Below are positions 17,451 to 27,111 of a stretch of 55,256 nt of DNA, piece after piece. The position numbers were made by a program, and so were the translations under genes. The stretch is from Holophaga sp. Its GTDB lineage: Bacteria; Acidobacteriota; Holophagae; Holophagales; Holophagaceae. The notes beneath the pieces are model-generated. The model was not told the DNA's origin. It searched no databases and worked only from the letters and a program-made list of their open reading frames with translations. The stretch is from assembly GCA_041908845.1 (NCBI GenBank), contig JAYREN010000001.1, positions 1 to 55,256 on the forward strand, given 5' to 3'. Within the stretch, counting starts at the first letter, position 1. Each line of letters starts with the position of its first letter.

Positions 17451-19379
17451 CTAATGCCCATCCCTGGGAATGGGATGCGCGCAGTACTTTCCGAGTCCCA
17501 GAGCGGAAGGCACGTAGGATGGAACGAGGGCCTGGAACTGGGCGACGAGTTCACGCCGCCGGGCGCCTTCATCCTCGATGGCCAGGGCGTTCCGCAGCGC
17601 GGCAAGTCCGGCACGGACCTCTGTGGGCGAATCACCCACCAACGCCGACTCCAAGACCTTGCTGTGCACTCTGGTTTGGCCGATCTCCGCCATATTGAAC
17701 AACTCTTCAAAGAGTTTCTCGCCGGGGCGGATGCCCGTGGATTGGATCTCGATGTCCCGCTCTGGCACCATGCCGGAAAGGGTGATCATGTCCTTGGCCA
17801 GATCGAGAATGGCGACCGGCTCACCCATGTCCAGCACGTACACCTTGCCGGTCTCACCCAGCAGACCTGCCTGGAGCACCAGCTGACTCGCCTCGGGAAT
17901 GGTCATGAAGTAGCGGGTCATCCGGAAATCGGTGATGGTCACCGGCCCTCCTCGGGAGATCTGGTCCCTGAAGATGGGCACCACGCTGCCCCGACTGCCC
18001 AGGACATTGCCGAACCTCACACTTACGTACTGACTTCCCGGCTGCGCCTGGGTGGCGCCACAGCGCACCACCCCTTCCGCGAGGCACTTGGAAACGCCCA
18101 GGGCATTGGTCGGGTTGACGGACTTATCGGTGGAGATGTTCACGAACACCTGGGTCTGCACCGCCAGCGCCGCTTCCAGAACACTCAGTGTACCGAAAAC
18201 ATTGTTCTCGATGGCTTCCTCAGGATTCAGCTCCAGGAAGGGCACGTGCTTGTGGGCTGCGGCATGAAAGACAATCTGGGGGCGCCAACGTAGGAATACC
18301 TGCCTTAGGCGGGTGGCATCCCTGATGTCGCACAACTCAACAGCCAGAGGCAGGTTGGGCGAAATCTCCCGCAGCTCCCGTTCAACGATCCAGAGGCTGT
18401 TTTCGCCTCGCCCCAGAAGCACAATACGGGCGGGCTTGAACACTGCCAACTGGCGGGCCAACTCGCTGCCAATGGAGCCCCCCGCTCCCGTGATCAGCAC
18501 GACGGCATCCCCCAGAACGCGCTGCAGGGCCGTCTGGTCGAGGTGTATGGGATCACGGCGCAGCAAATCCTCAATGGAAATGTCTCGCAGATCCGGCTTC
18601 CAGGACTGGTTGCCCAGAAGGTTATAGATGCCCGGGACAGTCTTTGTTTCAATTCCCGCAGCGCGAATGACATTGCTCAACTGACGGATCATTTTCCCGG
18701 GCGCACTGGGAATCGCGATGACCACCTTGGTGATTCGCTGCTCTTTGATGATGAAATCCAGGAGATCCGTTGTGCCCAGCACTGGAATTCCCTGGATTCT
18801 CAGCCCCTGCTTCTCGAAGGCGTCATCCACGTATCCGACGACGTGGCAGGCGAGTTCGGGATGCCGATCCAGTTCCCGCGAGACCAGCAGCCCAGCTCTA
18901 CCCGCGCCCACGATCAGAGTCCTCGAACCCGTGGCCGTGGGCGAGAGAATACTGGGCAGGAACGGCAAGATACCTTCGTAGATCGATCGGGCAATAATTC
19001 TGAGCATGGCCCAGAAAATTCCCGTGAACATGCTGGTCAAAAAGAGGAAGAGATAGACCCTTCCTCCGTGATTCCTTCCAACAACAAGAACGATGACTGT
19101 AGAGAATAAAAACAGAGTGATGCCAGCCATAACAATTTCAAAAAAATCCTTGATGCCAATCATCCGGTAGTGAATCCGTGTGAGGCGGAATAGCGCGCTC
19201 ACGATGACTACCAGGATCACCCAGTCGATGATGTCGATGGTGATGATGGCCTCACCCTGGATCAGGTCGAACACTACGAGCCACCCCAGGGCCCCCATCT
19301 GCCCGTCCAACACGAGCTTTATGAGCTGTCGGAACCAGTGGCTTTTGGCGGTTTTTCGGAATGATTCGATGATCGGCAT
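17451..19379 (-). CDS. Membrane-anchored NDP-sugar 4,6-dehydratase (CapD/PglF/WbpM family)
   Basis: The N-terminus has multiple TM segments. The Rossmann motif is LITGAGGSIGSEL and the catalytic region is ISTDKSVNPTNALGVSK. Confidence 0.9.
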   Translation of the reverse strand: MPIIESFRKTAKSHWFRQLIKLVLDGQMGALGWLVVFDLIQGEAIITIDIIDWVILVVIVSALFRLTRIHYRMIGIKDFFEIVMAGITLFLFSTVIVLVVGRNHGGRVYLFLFLTSMFTGIFWAMLRIIARSIYEGILPFLPSILSPTATGSRTLIVGAGRAGLLVSRELDRHPELACHVVGYVDDAFEKQGLRIQGIPVLGTTDLLDFIIKEQRITKVVIAIPSAPGKMIRQLSNVIRAAGIETKTVPGIYNLLGNQSWKPDLRDISIEDLLRRDPIHLDQTALQRVLGDAVVLITGAGGSIGSELARQLAVFKPARIVLLGRGENSLWIVERELREISPNLPLAVELCDIRDATRLRQVFLRWRPQIVFHAAAHKHVPFLELNPEEAIENNVFGTLSVLEAALAVQTQVFVNISTDKSVNPTNALGVSKCLAEGVVRCGATQAQPGSQYVSVRFGNVLGSRGSVVPIFRDQISRGGPVTITDFRMTRYFMTIPEASQLVLQAGLLGETGKVYVLDMGEPVAILDLAKDMITLSGMVPERDIEIQSTGIRPGEKLFEELFNMAEIGQTRVHSKVLESALVGDSPTEVRAGLAALRNALAIEDEGARRRELVAQFQALVPSYVPSALGLGKYCAHPIPRDGH

Positions 19380-19660
19380 CTTCGGCGTCTCAGGTTTTGC
19401 GATTCAGAATCCTCGTTCGAGCCTCATTGGACCTGCTCGGGATTGGGACAGAGTGGTTAGGTCTTGAGGATTCTACCAAACATCCTCGAAATTATCCCAA
19501 AGCCCTTCATACCCCGTTGACAAAGATTCCCTTCAAACCCGATTACATCCCACCGACAGAAGGGAAAGGGGCAAAGCCTGGGCCCAGAAACATCCTGTCC
19601 CGTCTCAAAACAAGAGGAGGACCCTCAAGGTATCAGGACGCAGCTCGGTCTCGCGACGCA

Positions 19661-19685
19661 AGAGGCCTCCGCACTGGAGGCCTCT
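19661..19685 (-). terminator. Perfect 10-bp stem hairpin downstream of tRNA-Phe (no clear U-tract)
   Basis: AGAGGCCTCC-gcact-GGAGGCCTCT lies about 25 nt 3' of the tRNA on the minus strand. Confidence 0.4.
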
Positions 19686-19708
19686 GGAAATGGGAAATGG
19701 TTGTTCTT

Positions 19709-19784
19709 TGGTGCCTGGAGGCGGAATCGAACCGTCGACACATGGATTTTCAGTCCATTGCTCTACCAACTGAGCTACCCAGGC
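19709..19784 (-). tRNA. tRNA-Phe (anticodon GAA), CCA encoded
   Basis: The reverse complement GCCTGGGTAGCTCAGTTGGTAGAGCAATGGACTGAAAATCCATGTGTCGACGGTTCGATTCCGCCTCCAGGCACCA folds as a cloverleaf. The anticodon loop is CTGAAAA and the T-loop is TTCGATT. There is one A-C mismatch in the T-stem and one G-U pair in the acceptor stem. Confidence 0.92.
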
Positions 19785-19873
19785 GGGAATAGACAGACTA
19801 TCAGGGATCACCGCATTTTCAAGTGCGATCCTGAGTTGGATTAAGGCATCCTTGAAGGTTCGGAGCGTCCCGC

Positions 19874-20551
19874 ATGGCTGCCAATGTCAAAAGCAAAGAG
19901 ATCCAGGTTCAGAAACCGGCCCAGAGCCTTCAGGCTTTCCAGCAAAAGCTGGCCGCTGGCGCGGATACCCAAGTCACTCTGCTGAAGCCCCTGCTCATCG
20001 GCACCGGGGTCGTGGCGACCCTGGTGATCGGATTCTTCGGCTTTCGGGCCTGGCGTGCGAACGCCCTCGAAAAGCACGAAGCCGCCGTGGCGGAACTCCT
20101 CATGGAGGTCCAGGGCGACGGCCTCACTCCGGTGGCGCCTGCTGACTTGGAGAAGCGCATGCGAGAGCGCCTGCCCCGTCTTGAAACCCTCGCGAAGGGA
20201 GCCCCCGGTCCCGCCGCCGAAATCACCCAGGGCATGTTGGCCTCCTGGCGCCTGCAGTTGGACGGAACGGCCTCCCTTCCGGCCCTGGGATCGAATCCCT
20301 GGGACCGCCTCCGGGTGGCCCAGCGGCAGGTGGCCCTGGGTCAGGTTGAGGAAGCTGCCGCCAGCCTCAAGTCTCTTCGCAGCGCCGCGAAGCCCGACGC
20401 ACCCTGGTCGCCGCTTTACTGGGCAACCCTCCTGGATCTGCATCGCCTGAAGGGCGATCGGGCCGAGGCATGGAAGGACTACGCGGAATACAAGGCCCTC
20501 TTCAAGGATCGCGCCGACGAATCCCTCGAAAAGGTTCTGGCCAGCATCTGA
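19874..20551 (+). CDS. Single-pass membrane protein with helical TPR-like ectodomain (YfgM-like architecture), function unknown
   Basis: The start is ATG 19874. A TM segment LLIGTGVVATLVIGFFGF follows a charged N-tail, and about 165 aa of helical Ala/Leu/Arg-rich sequence comes after it. Confidence 0.6.
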   Translation: MAANVKSKEIQVQKPAQSLQAFQQKLAAGADTQVTLLKPLLIGTGVVATLVIGFFGFRAWRANALEKHEAAVAELLMEVQGDGLTPVAPADLEKRMRERLPRLETLAKGAPGPAAEITQGMLASWRLQLDGTASLPALGSNPWDRLRVAQRQVALGQVEEAAASLKSLRSAAKPDAPWSPLYWATLLDLHRLKGDRAEAWKDYAEYKALFKDRADESLEKVLASI

Positions 20552-20585
20552 AACCCATCAAGGTCTGCCCGCCTAGGGAGGCTCC

Positions 20586-21887
20586 ATGCGCATGTACGAT
20601 CTCATCTACACCAAGAAACTCGGGGGAGCTCTGACTCCCGAGCAGATCGCCTTCTGGGTGAAGGGCGCCGCCGACGGCAGTGTGCCGGATGAACAGAGTT
20701 CCGCCCTGCTGATGGCCATCTGCTGGCGAGGCATGAATACCGAAGAGACCCTGGCCCTCACCCTGAACATGCGCGATTCCGGCGATCGCGTGGATCTCTC
20801 CGCCATTCCGGGGATCAAGGTCGACAAGCACAGCACCGGGGGCGTGGGGGACAAGACCACCCTGATCTTGGGCCCCATCGTGGCGGCCTGTGGCGTTCCT
20901 TGCGCGATGTTCAGTGGCCGGGGCCTGGGTCACACCGGCGGCACCGTTGATAAGTACGCCGCCGTACCGGGCCTGAAGGTCGAACTGAGCATCGATCAGT
21001 TCAAGGAAAGCCTGCGGAAGACCGGCTTCGCCAACAGCGCCCAGACCGGAGACATCTGCCCCGCCGACCGCAAGCTCTATGCCCTGCGAGATGTGACAGC
21101 CACGGTCGAATCCATTCCACTCATTACCGCCAGCATCATGTCCAAGAAACTCGCTGGGGGCAGCGACGCCCTGGTGCTGGATGTGAAGTGCGGCGGCGGC
21201 GCCTTCATGAAGACCCAGGAAGACGCCAAGGCCCTGGCCCAGAGCATGGTCAATGTGGGCAAGGCCCACGGGATGAAGATCAAGGCTCTCATCACCCGCA
21301 TGGAGGAGCCCCTTGGGTGGGCCATCGGCAATGCCCTCGAAGTCATGGAGTCCGTGGAAATCCTCAAGGGACAGCACGGCGATAGCGACTTGGCCCAGAT
21401 GAGCTTCCGCCTTGCCGCCGAGATGCTGGTATTGGGTGGTGCAGCCAAGGATCTGAGCGAGGCTGAAAGCAAGGTGACACAGGCCATCCACTCCGGTCGC
21501 GCCATGGAGACCTTCCGCGCCTGGACCACCTTCAATGGGGGCGATGCCACCGCCCTGGAGGACTTCACCCGCCTTCCCCAGCCCGGCCAGGTCATCGAAA
21601 TCAAGGCCCAGAAGGATGCCTGGATCCACGCTGTGGATAGCCGCGCCCTGGGTATCCTTGCCATGGAACTCGGCGCCGGACGCCGCAACAAGGACGATGT
21701 CCTCGATCTGGGCGTAGGCATCCGGCTGCACCGAAATCTGGGAGATTCCGTGAAAGCGGGGGAGACGCTCTTCACCGTCTACGCCAAGGCCGGAACCGAA
21801 GTGCCCCAGGACCGATATCTAGCCGCCCTGAGCCTGCAGGCGGCCCAGGCACCCAAGCACCCCTGGCTGCTCGACACGATCGAATAG
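20586..21887 (+). CDS. deoA: Thymidine/pyrimidine-nucleoside phosphorylase
   Basis: The product is 433 aa with the family signature VDKHSTGGVGDKTTLILGPIVAACG...SGRGLGHTGGTVDK. A GGGAGG RBS lies upstream. Confidence 0.93.
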   Translation: MRMYDLIYTKKLGGALTPEQIAFWVKGAADGSVPDEQSSALLMAICWRGMNTEETLALTLNMRDSGDRVDLSAIPGIKVDKHSTGGVGDKTTLILGPIVAACGVPCAMFSGRGLGHTGGTVDKYAAVPGLKVELSIDQFKESLRKTGFANSAQTGDICPADRKLYALRDVTATVESIPLITASIMSKKLAGGSDALVLDVKCGGGAFMKTQEDAKALAQSMVNVGKAHGMKIKALITRMEEPLGWAIGNALEVMESVEILKGQHGDSDLAQMSFRLAAEMLVLGGAAKDLSEAESKVTQAIHSGRAMETFRAWTTFNGGDATALEDFTRLPQPGQVIEIKAQKDAWIHAVDSRALGILAMELGAGRRNKDDVLDLGVGIRLHRNLGDSVKAGETLFTVYAKAGTEVPQDRYLAALSLQAAQAPKHPWLLDTIE

Positions 21888-21910
21888 CCAATCCATTCAA
21901 TTCCAAAGGA

Positions 21911-21949
21911 ACGAGCCAGCACCGGATTCCCCGGTGCTGGCTCGTTTTG
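21911..21949 (+). terminator. Rho-independent terminator after the phosphorylase gene
   Basis: A 15-bp perfect stem ACGAGCCAGCACCGG / CCGGTGCTGGCTCGT with a 5-nt loop is followed by TTTT. Confidence 0.75.
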
Positions 21950-22129
21950 CAATGGAATCAGGAAAGGTTCCCACTTTTTTTGTTCGGTGTGACTTTTCTA
22001 TTGCAATTGGCGCGAGCCAAGCGCATAAAGGGGCGTCCTTCCTTCCCAATCTTGAGTTTAGAAACCCGATCCGAGGGTTCCCCGCTTGTACCCCCTGCGG
22101 CCCAGCCGCATATCTAAAGGAGCAACTTC

Positions 22130-25100
22130 ATGAGTCGCACCATCGCCCGCTTAGGCTTCACCGCTCTCGCACTGGCAGCGGGAACCGTGGCCTTCGCCCA
22201 GAGCAGCACCACTGGCGCCCTGAATGGCCTCATCACCGATGCCCAGGGCAACCCCGTTGCCGGTGCCACTGTCCGTATCACTTCTGCTCAGGTAACCCGC
22301 CTGGAGACCACCGCGGCGAATGGCACCTATCGCTTCGGTCTCTTAAACCCTGGGGCATGGCGAATCACCGTCACGAAGGCCGGGATGCAGACCCTGAGCC
22401 GCGATATTGTCGTCAACACCAACACAACTCATCCGGTCAATTTCAAAATCGCGGCCGTCACGAGCGCAACTGTCGAGGTTGTGGGGACCCAGGCGATCGC
22501 CGCTGACGTCACGTCCACACAGACAGGCTACACCGCAAACATGGGAGACTTGGCCCAGATCCCCATCGGGCGAGACATCAATTCCGTGGCTAACTTCTCT
22601 CCTGGGGTCGTCGATTCTGGCCTACTGGGCGGCATCTCCATCGCTGGCGCCTCAGGTCTTGAAAACCAGTACATCGTTGACGGCCTGATGTCCAACGATC
22701 TCCGGGAAGGCTTTTCGGGAGCAGGCATGCCCTCCGATTTCGTCGACCAGGTGGAAGTTCAGACCGGCGGCTACAAGCCTGAATTCAGCGCCCTCGGCGG
22801 TGTGTTCAATGTCGTGACCAAGTCCGGCAACAACGATTTCAGCGGTTCCACTTGGTTCACCACCGACCTTCGCGGCAGCCAGGCCGTGGCAAAGCGGAAT
22901 GATCTCTTCCGCCAAGCCGAGGCCAACAACCGTTTCGACTTCGGTGCGGCTGCCGGAGGCGCCATCCTGAAGGACAAGCTCTTCTACTTCCTGGGGGCCA
23001 ACAACACCAGCACCGAGACCCCCGACTCCGCCCAGACCCCCAACAATAACGGTCTGACCAATTCCCAGCAGAAGACCAGCAACCTCCAGATCTACGGCAA
23101 GATCAACTGGTACATGGCCATGGATCATCAGCTGGCCTTTACCGCCAAGATCGACCGCTTCGAGGACAAGCTGCCCCTCGCCTATCCCACGAACGGCACG
23201 GCCCAGCTCGGCCGCACCTTCAAGAGTGATACCGACAACTTTGGCCTCAACTACGACTGGACCATCAGTTCTTCTCTCTTCCTGTCGGCGAAGTACGGCC
23301 AGACGAAGTTCAAGGACACTCAGACGCCCGTCGCCATTGGCACCACCATGATTCAGGACAACATCTGGTTCTCGGCGGGCCCGGGCTCCCTTCCCGGCGG
23401 TAACCCCGCTGGACTTCCGGCAGGCACCCGTTTCACCACCGGTGGCATTGGTCGGTACACACCCCTGAGTGAATCCACCACGTCCCAGTTCAAGGTGGAC
23501 CTGAGCTGGTTCCTGGGGAACCACAACCTGAAATTCGGTATCAGCATGACCAATGCTGACTTCACCCTCCTGGATGGCCAAAGCGGTCCTATGGATACCC
23601 CTTACGGTGGGACGGGCGTCTATCCCTATCGCATCGCCACCCGATCCAATGGCGGAGCCTTCAACGGCATCGATAAAATTTACTACTACAATGACGCCAC
23701 GGTCGAGGCCAAGTATCAGGCTATCTACGCCCAGGACACCTGGGAAATCACTCCTGGCCTGCGCTTCTTCTACGGGTTCCGCTTTGAGAGCCAGGAGCTC
23801 ACGGGCAACGATGGAAAAATCTTCCTGAAGAAGTTCGACGATTTCATGGACCAGTTGCAGCCCCGCCTGGGAATGACCTGGGACGTGAACAAGGACGGCA
23901 GGACCAAGCTCTCCGCATCCTTCGCCAAGTACTTCGAACAGATCCCCATGCAGCCGGCCATGCGCCAAGGCGGCAACGAAACCTACGTCCGCAACCGGTA
24001 CAGTGCCTCACAGTCAACCTACATCGCGGCAACCGGTGCCTGGGCGATCAACGCGGGGGCAACGCCTACCATCACTGACTTCGCAGGCCAATTCGCAGCC
24101 TCCCCCCTGGCAGATGGAACCAGGCTCCCGGAACGCCGGGAGACGACCCTGGGTATCGACCACACCCTGACCAATGGGTGGTCCGTGGGCATCCACGCCA
24201 AGCATCGTGAACTCGTGAATCCCATGGAAGATTCCGTCATCTCCGATATCTATGGGAACACCAAGGATTCGGGCCTTGCCATTGATAATGATGGTTACTG
24301 CCCTGGTTACGCCATCATCTGGAACCCCCAGCCGGGTGCCGTGTCTTGGACCGCCAACGCCAACAGCCTTACCCCTGGCGCCAAGATCTCCTGGGAGAGC
24401 ACCCCTTACCAGAGAGCCTTCAACATCTACCAGTCCGTGGACTTGACCCTGGAAAAGAAGACCACCAAGTGGTTCATCTCAGCCAGCTACACCTGGAGCC
24501 GCCTCTACGGAACCTACGAGGGTCTGGGTCAGGCCTCCAATGGCCAAGCCGATGCCAACATCACCTCATCCTTCGACTACTGGACCTATGTCGGCAAGGG
24601 TGAACTGCCCCTGGACCGCACCCATGTGGCTAAGATCTTCGGTAGCTACACCTTCGACGTTCTCAAGGGCAGCCTGACCGCCGGCTTCAATATCACGGCC
24701 CAGAGCGGTACGCCCGTGAGCCTCTTCGACGATGGTTCCACCACCAATGGCAGAGCGCCTGGAACCGACACCGCCAACAATGGCTATGACGGTTTTGTTT
24801 ACGATCCTGCGACTAACAATCCCTACCTCAACAACTCCCAGTTCCTGGACATCGGTGGGTACGGGGATGCCATCCCGGCCAACTTCAAGTACGGCCAGTA
24901 TGGCCGCACACCCACCAACATCAACACCGATGTGAAGCTTGAGTACGCCATCAAATTTAAGCGCTTCACCTTCAAGCCCTCCATCGACATCTTCAATCTG
25001 TTCAATAAGCGCAGCGGTAACTCCATCTACCAGCTGGCGACGGATCAGAACGGCAATCCCGATAATCGCTACGGCGTTGAGAATGGCTGGATGGTGGGTC

Positions 25101-25135
25101 GTCGCTTCCGTTTCGGCCTCAAGCTCCAGTTCTAA
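22130..25135 (+). CDS. TonB-dependent outer-membrane receptor with N-terminal CarboxypepD_reg-like domain
   Basis: The signal peptide is MSRTIARLGFTALALAAGTVAFA-QS. The CarboxypepD_reg motif is GALNGLITDAQGNPVAGATVRITS. The product is 1001 aa of beta-rich sequence ending in an aromatic residue (...FRFGLKLQF). An AAAGGAG RBS lies upstream. Confidence 0.88.
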   Translation: MSRTIARLGFTALALAAGTVAFAQSSTTGALNGLITDAQGNPVAGATVRITSAQVTRLETTAANGTYRFGLLNPGAWRITVTKAGMQTLSRDIVVNTNTTHPVNFKIAAVTSATVEVVGTQAIAADVTSTQTGYTANMGDLAQIPIGRDINSVANFSPGVVDSGLLGGISIAGASGLENQYIVDGLMSNDLREGFSGAGMPSDFVDQVEVQTGGYKPEFSALGGVFNVVTKSGNNDFSGSTWFTTDLRGSQAVAKRNDLFRQAEANNRFDFGAAAGGAILKDKLFYFLGANNTSTETPDSAQTPNNNGLTNSQQKTSNLQIYGKINWYMAMDHQLAFTAKIDRFEDKLPLAYPTNGTAQLGRTFKSDTDNFGLNYDWTISSSLFLSAKYGQTKFKDTQTPVAIGTTMIQDNIWFSAGPGSLPGGNPAGLPAGTRFTTGGIGRYTPLSESTTSQFKVDLSWFLGNHNLKFGISMTNADFTLLDGQSGPMDTPYGGTGVYPYRIATRSNGGAFNGIDKIYYYNDATVEAKYQAIYAQDTWEITPGLRFFYGFRFESQELTGNDGKIFLKKFDDFMDQLQPRLGMTWDVNKDGRTKLSASFAKYFEQIPMQPAMRQGGNETYVRNRYSASQSTYIAATGAWAINAGATPTITDFAGQFAASPLADGTRLPERRETTLGIDHTLTNGWSVGIHAKHRELVNPMEDSVISDIYGNTKDSGLAIDNDGYCPGYAIIWNPQPGAVSWTANANSLTPGAKISWESTPYQRAFNIYQSVDLTLEKKTTKWFISASYTWSRLYGTYEGLGQASNGQADANITSSFDYWTYVGKGELPLDRTHVAKIFGSYTFDVLKGSLTAGFNITAQSGTPVSLFDDGSTTNGRAPGTDTANNGYDGFVYDPATNNPYLNNSQFLDIGGYGDAIPANFKYGQYGRTPTNINTDVKLEYAIKFKRFTFKPSIDIFNLFNKRSGNSIYQLATDQNGNPDNRYGVENGWMVGRRFRFGLKLQF

Positions 25136-25154
25136 TTACCTGAAAGGCTTTTCC

Positions 25155-25186
25155 AAAAGGGGGATCCGATTGGATCCCCTTTTTTG
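25155..25186. terminator. Bidirectional intrinsic terminator between convergent genes
   Basis: AAAAGGGGGATCC-gatt-GGATCCCCTTTTTT has an A-tract upstream and a T-tract downstream. It lies between the receptor gene (+) and the LytTR regulator gene (-). Confidence 0.8.
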
Positions 25187-25199
25187 TATGCTCGGCATG

Positions 25200-25952
25200 T
25201 CACAGCCCCAGCACTTCCTTGATCCTGGGCGTCACGCTGCGACTCACTTCCAGGTCCACGCCCTCCGCCACCCGCACGGCGGCCCTGCCGCCCTCCAGGG
25301 GGCGCAAGGCGAGGACAGCCTCGGGGCGAAGGAGGAGGTGGCGCTGGATGCGCATGAGGCCGGCGGAAGGGAAGGCCTCTTCCACTTCGCTCAGACTGGT
25401 CCAGTCGGTGCGCTGGCGGGTGTGTTTGCCGCCGATGGGGGCCCAGGCATAGACCACCTCTTCTTCCACCTCGAAGTGGGTGGTGCGCTTCAGTTCCAGG
25501 AAGACATGGCCTTCTCCCGCCTTTACGGGGAAACGGGGCGTCGCGCCCAGGGCCGTTTTCAGCTCTCCGGCCCTGCGCCGGGGCACGGCGCCCTGGCGCA
25601 GGCGGGCGAGGGCCTTTCCCAGGCGCTCGGCGGAAACGGGCTTGAGCAGGTAGTCCGTGGCGGAGGCCTCGAAGGCCCGCACGGCGTGCTCCGAGAAGGC
25701 CGTCACGAAGACGACCGGCGGGCAATCCTGGCCATCGGCCAGTTCCGCAACGACTTCCAGGCCCGAGATCCCGGGCATCTGGATATCCAGGAATAGCGCT
25801 TCGACCTCGGGACCCGCCTTAAGCCATTCCAGGACCGATGGCCCGTCGGGCAATTCCGCCAGCACCTCGCAGCCGCCCTCCCGCAACAGGCGGCCCAGCC
25901 GGGCGCGGGCCAGGGGTTCGTCATCAGCCAGGGCGACTTTCATTGGGGTCAT
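25200..25952 (-). CDS. LytR/AlgR-family response regulator (REC + LytTR DNA-binding domain)
   Basis: ATG 25952 overlaps the kinase stop codon (ATGA). The REC domain has MKVALADDEPLAR and FLDIQMPG, and the C-terminal half is LytTR-like. Confidence 0.88.
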   Translation of the reverse strand: MTPMKVALADDEPLARARLGRLLREGGCEVLAELPDGPSVLEWLKAGPEVEALFLDIQMPGISGLEVVAELADGQDCPPVVFVTAFSEHAVRAFEASATDYLLKPVSAERLGKALARLRQGAVPRRRAGELKTALGATPRFPVKAGEGHVFLELKRTTHFEVEEEVVYAWAPIGGKHTRQRTDWTSLSEVEEAFPSAGLMRIQRHLLLRPEAVLALRPLEGGRAAVRVAEGVDLEVSRSVTPRIKEVLGL

Positions 25953-27022
25953 GGCTTCCTCCCGATCCGGTTCCATTCGATTCGCACCTCGGCAAGGGTG
26001 TGCTCGTCCTCGCCCCAGAGCCGAAAATGAGCATGGTCACCGTAAGCCAGGAAGAGCCGGGCCTCCAGGTTCCCCACGCCGACGCCGCTGCCCAACAGCA
26101 GAGGCAGGGGCTTGCCGCTGTTGACCACCCGCAGCACAAGGTCATCGCCTTCTCGCCGCAGCGTGATGTCCAAAGCACCGCCTGCCAGTGCTGGGGCGAT
26201 GCCATGCTTGATGGCATTTTCGACCATGGGCTGAAGCAGGAAGGGCGGCGTTTCCAGACTCTCGAGGGTTTCATCCCAGTCCCATCGAACGTCGAGACGC
26301 TGTCCCAGCCGCATGGATTCCACCGCCAGGTAGCGGGTGACGAGCACGCGCTCATCCCGCAGAGCCGCGCTGGGTTTACTGCCGTGGTCCAGCAACGCCC
26401 GATAGAGCGAAGCGAGATCCAGGATGCCCTTTTCGGCGGCAATGGGGTCCGTGTGCACGAGTTCAGCCAACCCATTCAGCGCGTTGAAGAGGGCGTGGGG
26501 GCTGAGTTGGCCCCGCAGGAGCACCCAATGGGCCTCTCGCAACTTCTTCTCTGTCTCCACCTTGATAATGCGGGTGCGCTCCCAGAGGGTGATGAAGTAC
26601 CCCGCGAGCATGGTGATGGGCACCCAGATGGCCAGCGCCGAACCGAGGGCCAAGGAAGCCAAGGGCTGGGCCGTATCCAGCTTGAAGAGGGTACCGAGCA
26701 GGATCAGGAATCCACCCAGGATCAGGATGAAGACGCTGGCGAAGACCCCGGACTGAATCAGCCCCCTCAGAAAGGGGGCGTGGGTGGCCCGTCCCCGGGT
26801 CCAGAGCCAGGGCGCGGGGGACAGCCAGAGCACGAGGATGGGCAGGCCAAAGGAGCCAAGCACGGCACTGAGCAGATCCACGGGGTGGTAGGTCCAGGGC
26901 ACCAAAACCATGGCTCCGGCGCTGACGAGGGCCAGCAGCAGGCCAAAACCGAAGACCAGCACCCGCACCCATGGACTGCGGATGCGGTCCTTTTCATAGG
27001 CAATCACATCCGGAAGGCGCAT
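25949..27022 (-). CDS. LytS/YehU-type sensor histidine kinase
   Basis: The N-terminus has multiple TM segments. The His_kinase H-box is LRGQLSPHALFNALNGL. The HATPase_c motifs are VENAIKHG and GSGVGVGNLEARL. Confidence 0.88.
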   Translation of the reverse strand: MRLPDVIAYEKDRIRSPWVRVLVFGFGLLLALVSAGAMVLVPWTYHPVDLLSAVLGSFGLPILVLWLSPAPWLWTRGRATHAPFLRGLIQSGVFASVFILILGGFLILLGTLFKLDTAQPLASLALGSALAIWVPITMLAGYFITLWERTRIIKVETEKKLREAHWVLLRGQLSPHALFNALNGLAELVHTDPIAAEKGILDLASLYRALLDHGSKPSAALRDERVLVTRYLAVESMRLGQRLDVRWDWDETLESLETPPFLLQPMVENAIKHGIAPALAGGALDITLRREGDDLVLRVVNSGKPLPLLLGSGVGVGNLEARLFLAYGDHAHFRLWGEDEHTLAEVRIEWNRIGRKP

Positions 27023-27111
27023 GCCCCGATTATGACGTCACCCCGTCAACATCGTCACGGTGCCGCCCAGACGGGATTCCCCTTGGGTAACCTGTCATTA
27101 CCTGGGGGCCA

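Noticed and set aside
19397-19811. Track ORFs 19397..19792 (+) and 19605..19811 (-).
   Set aside because: Both run through the tRNA-Phe gene and its flanking hairpin, and neither has an RBS or recognisable motifs.
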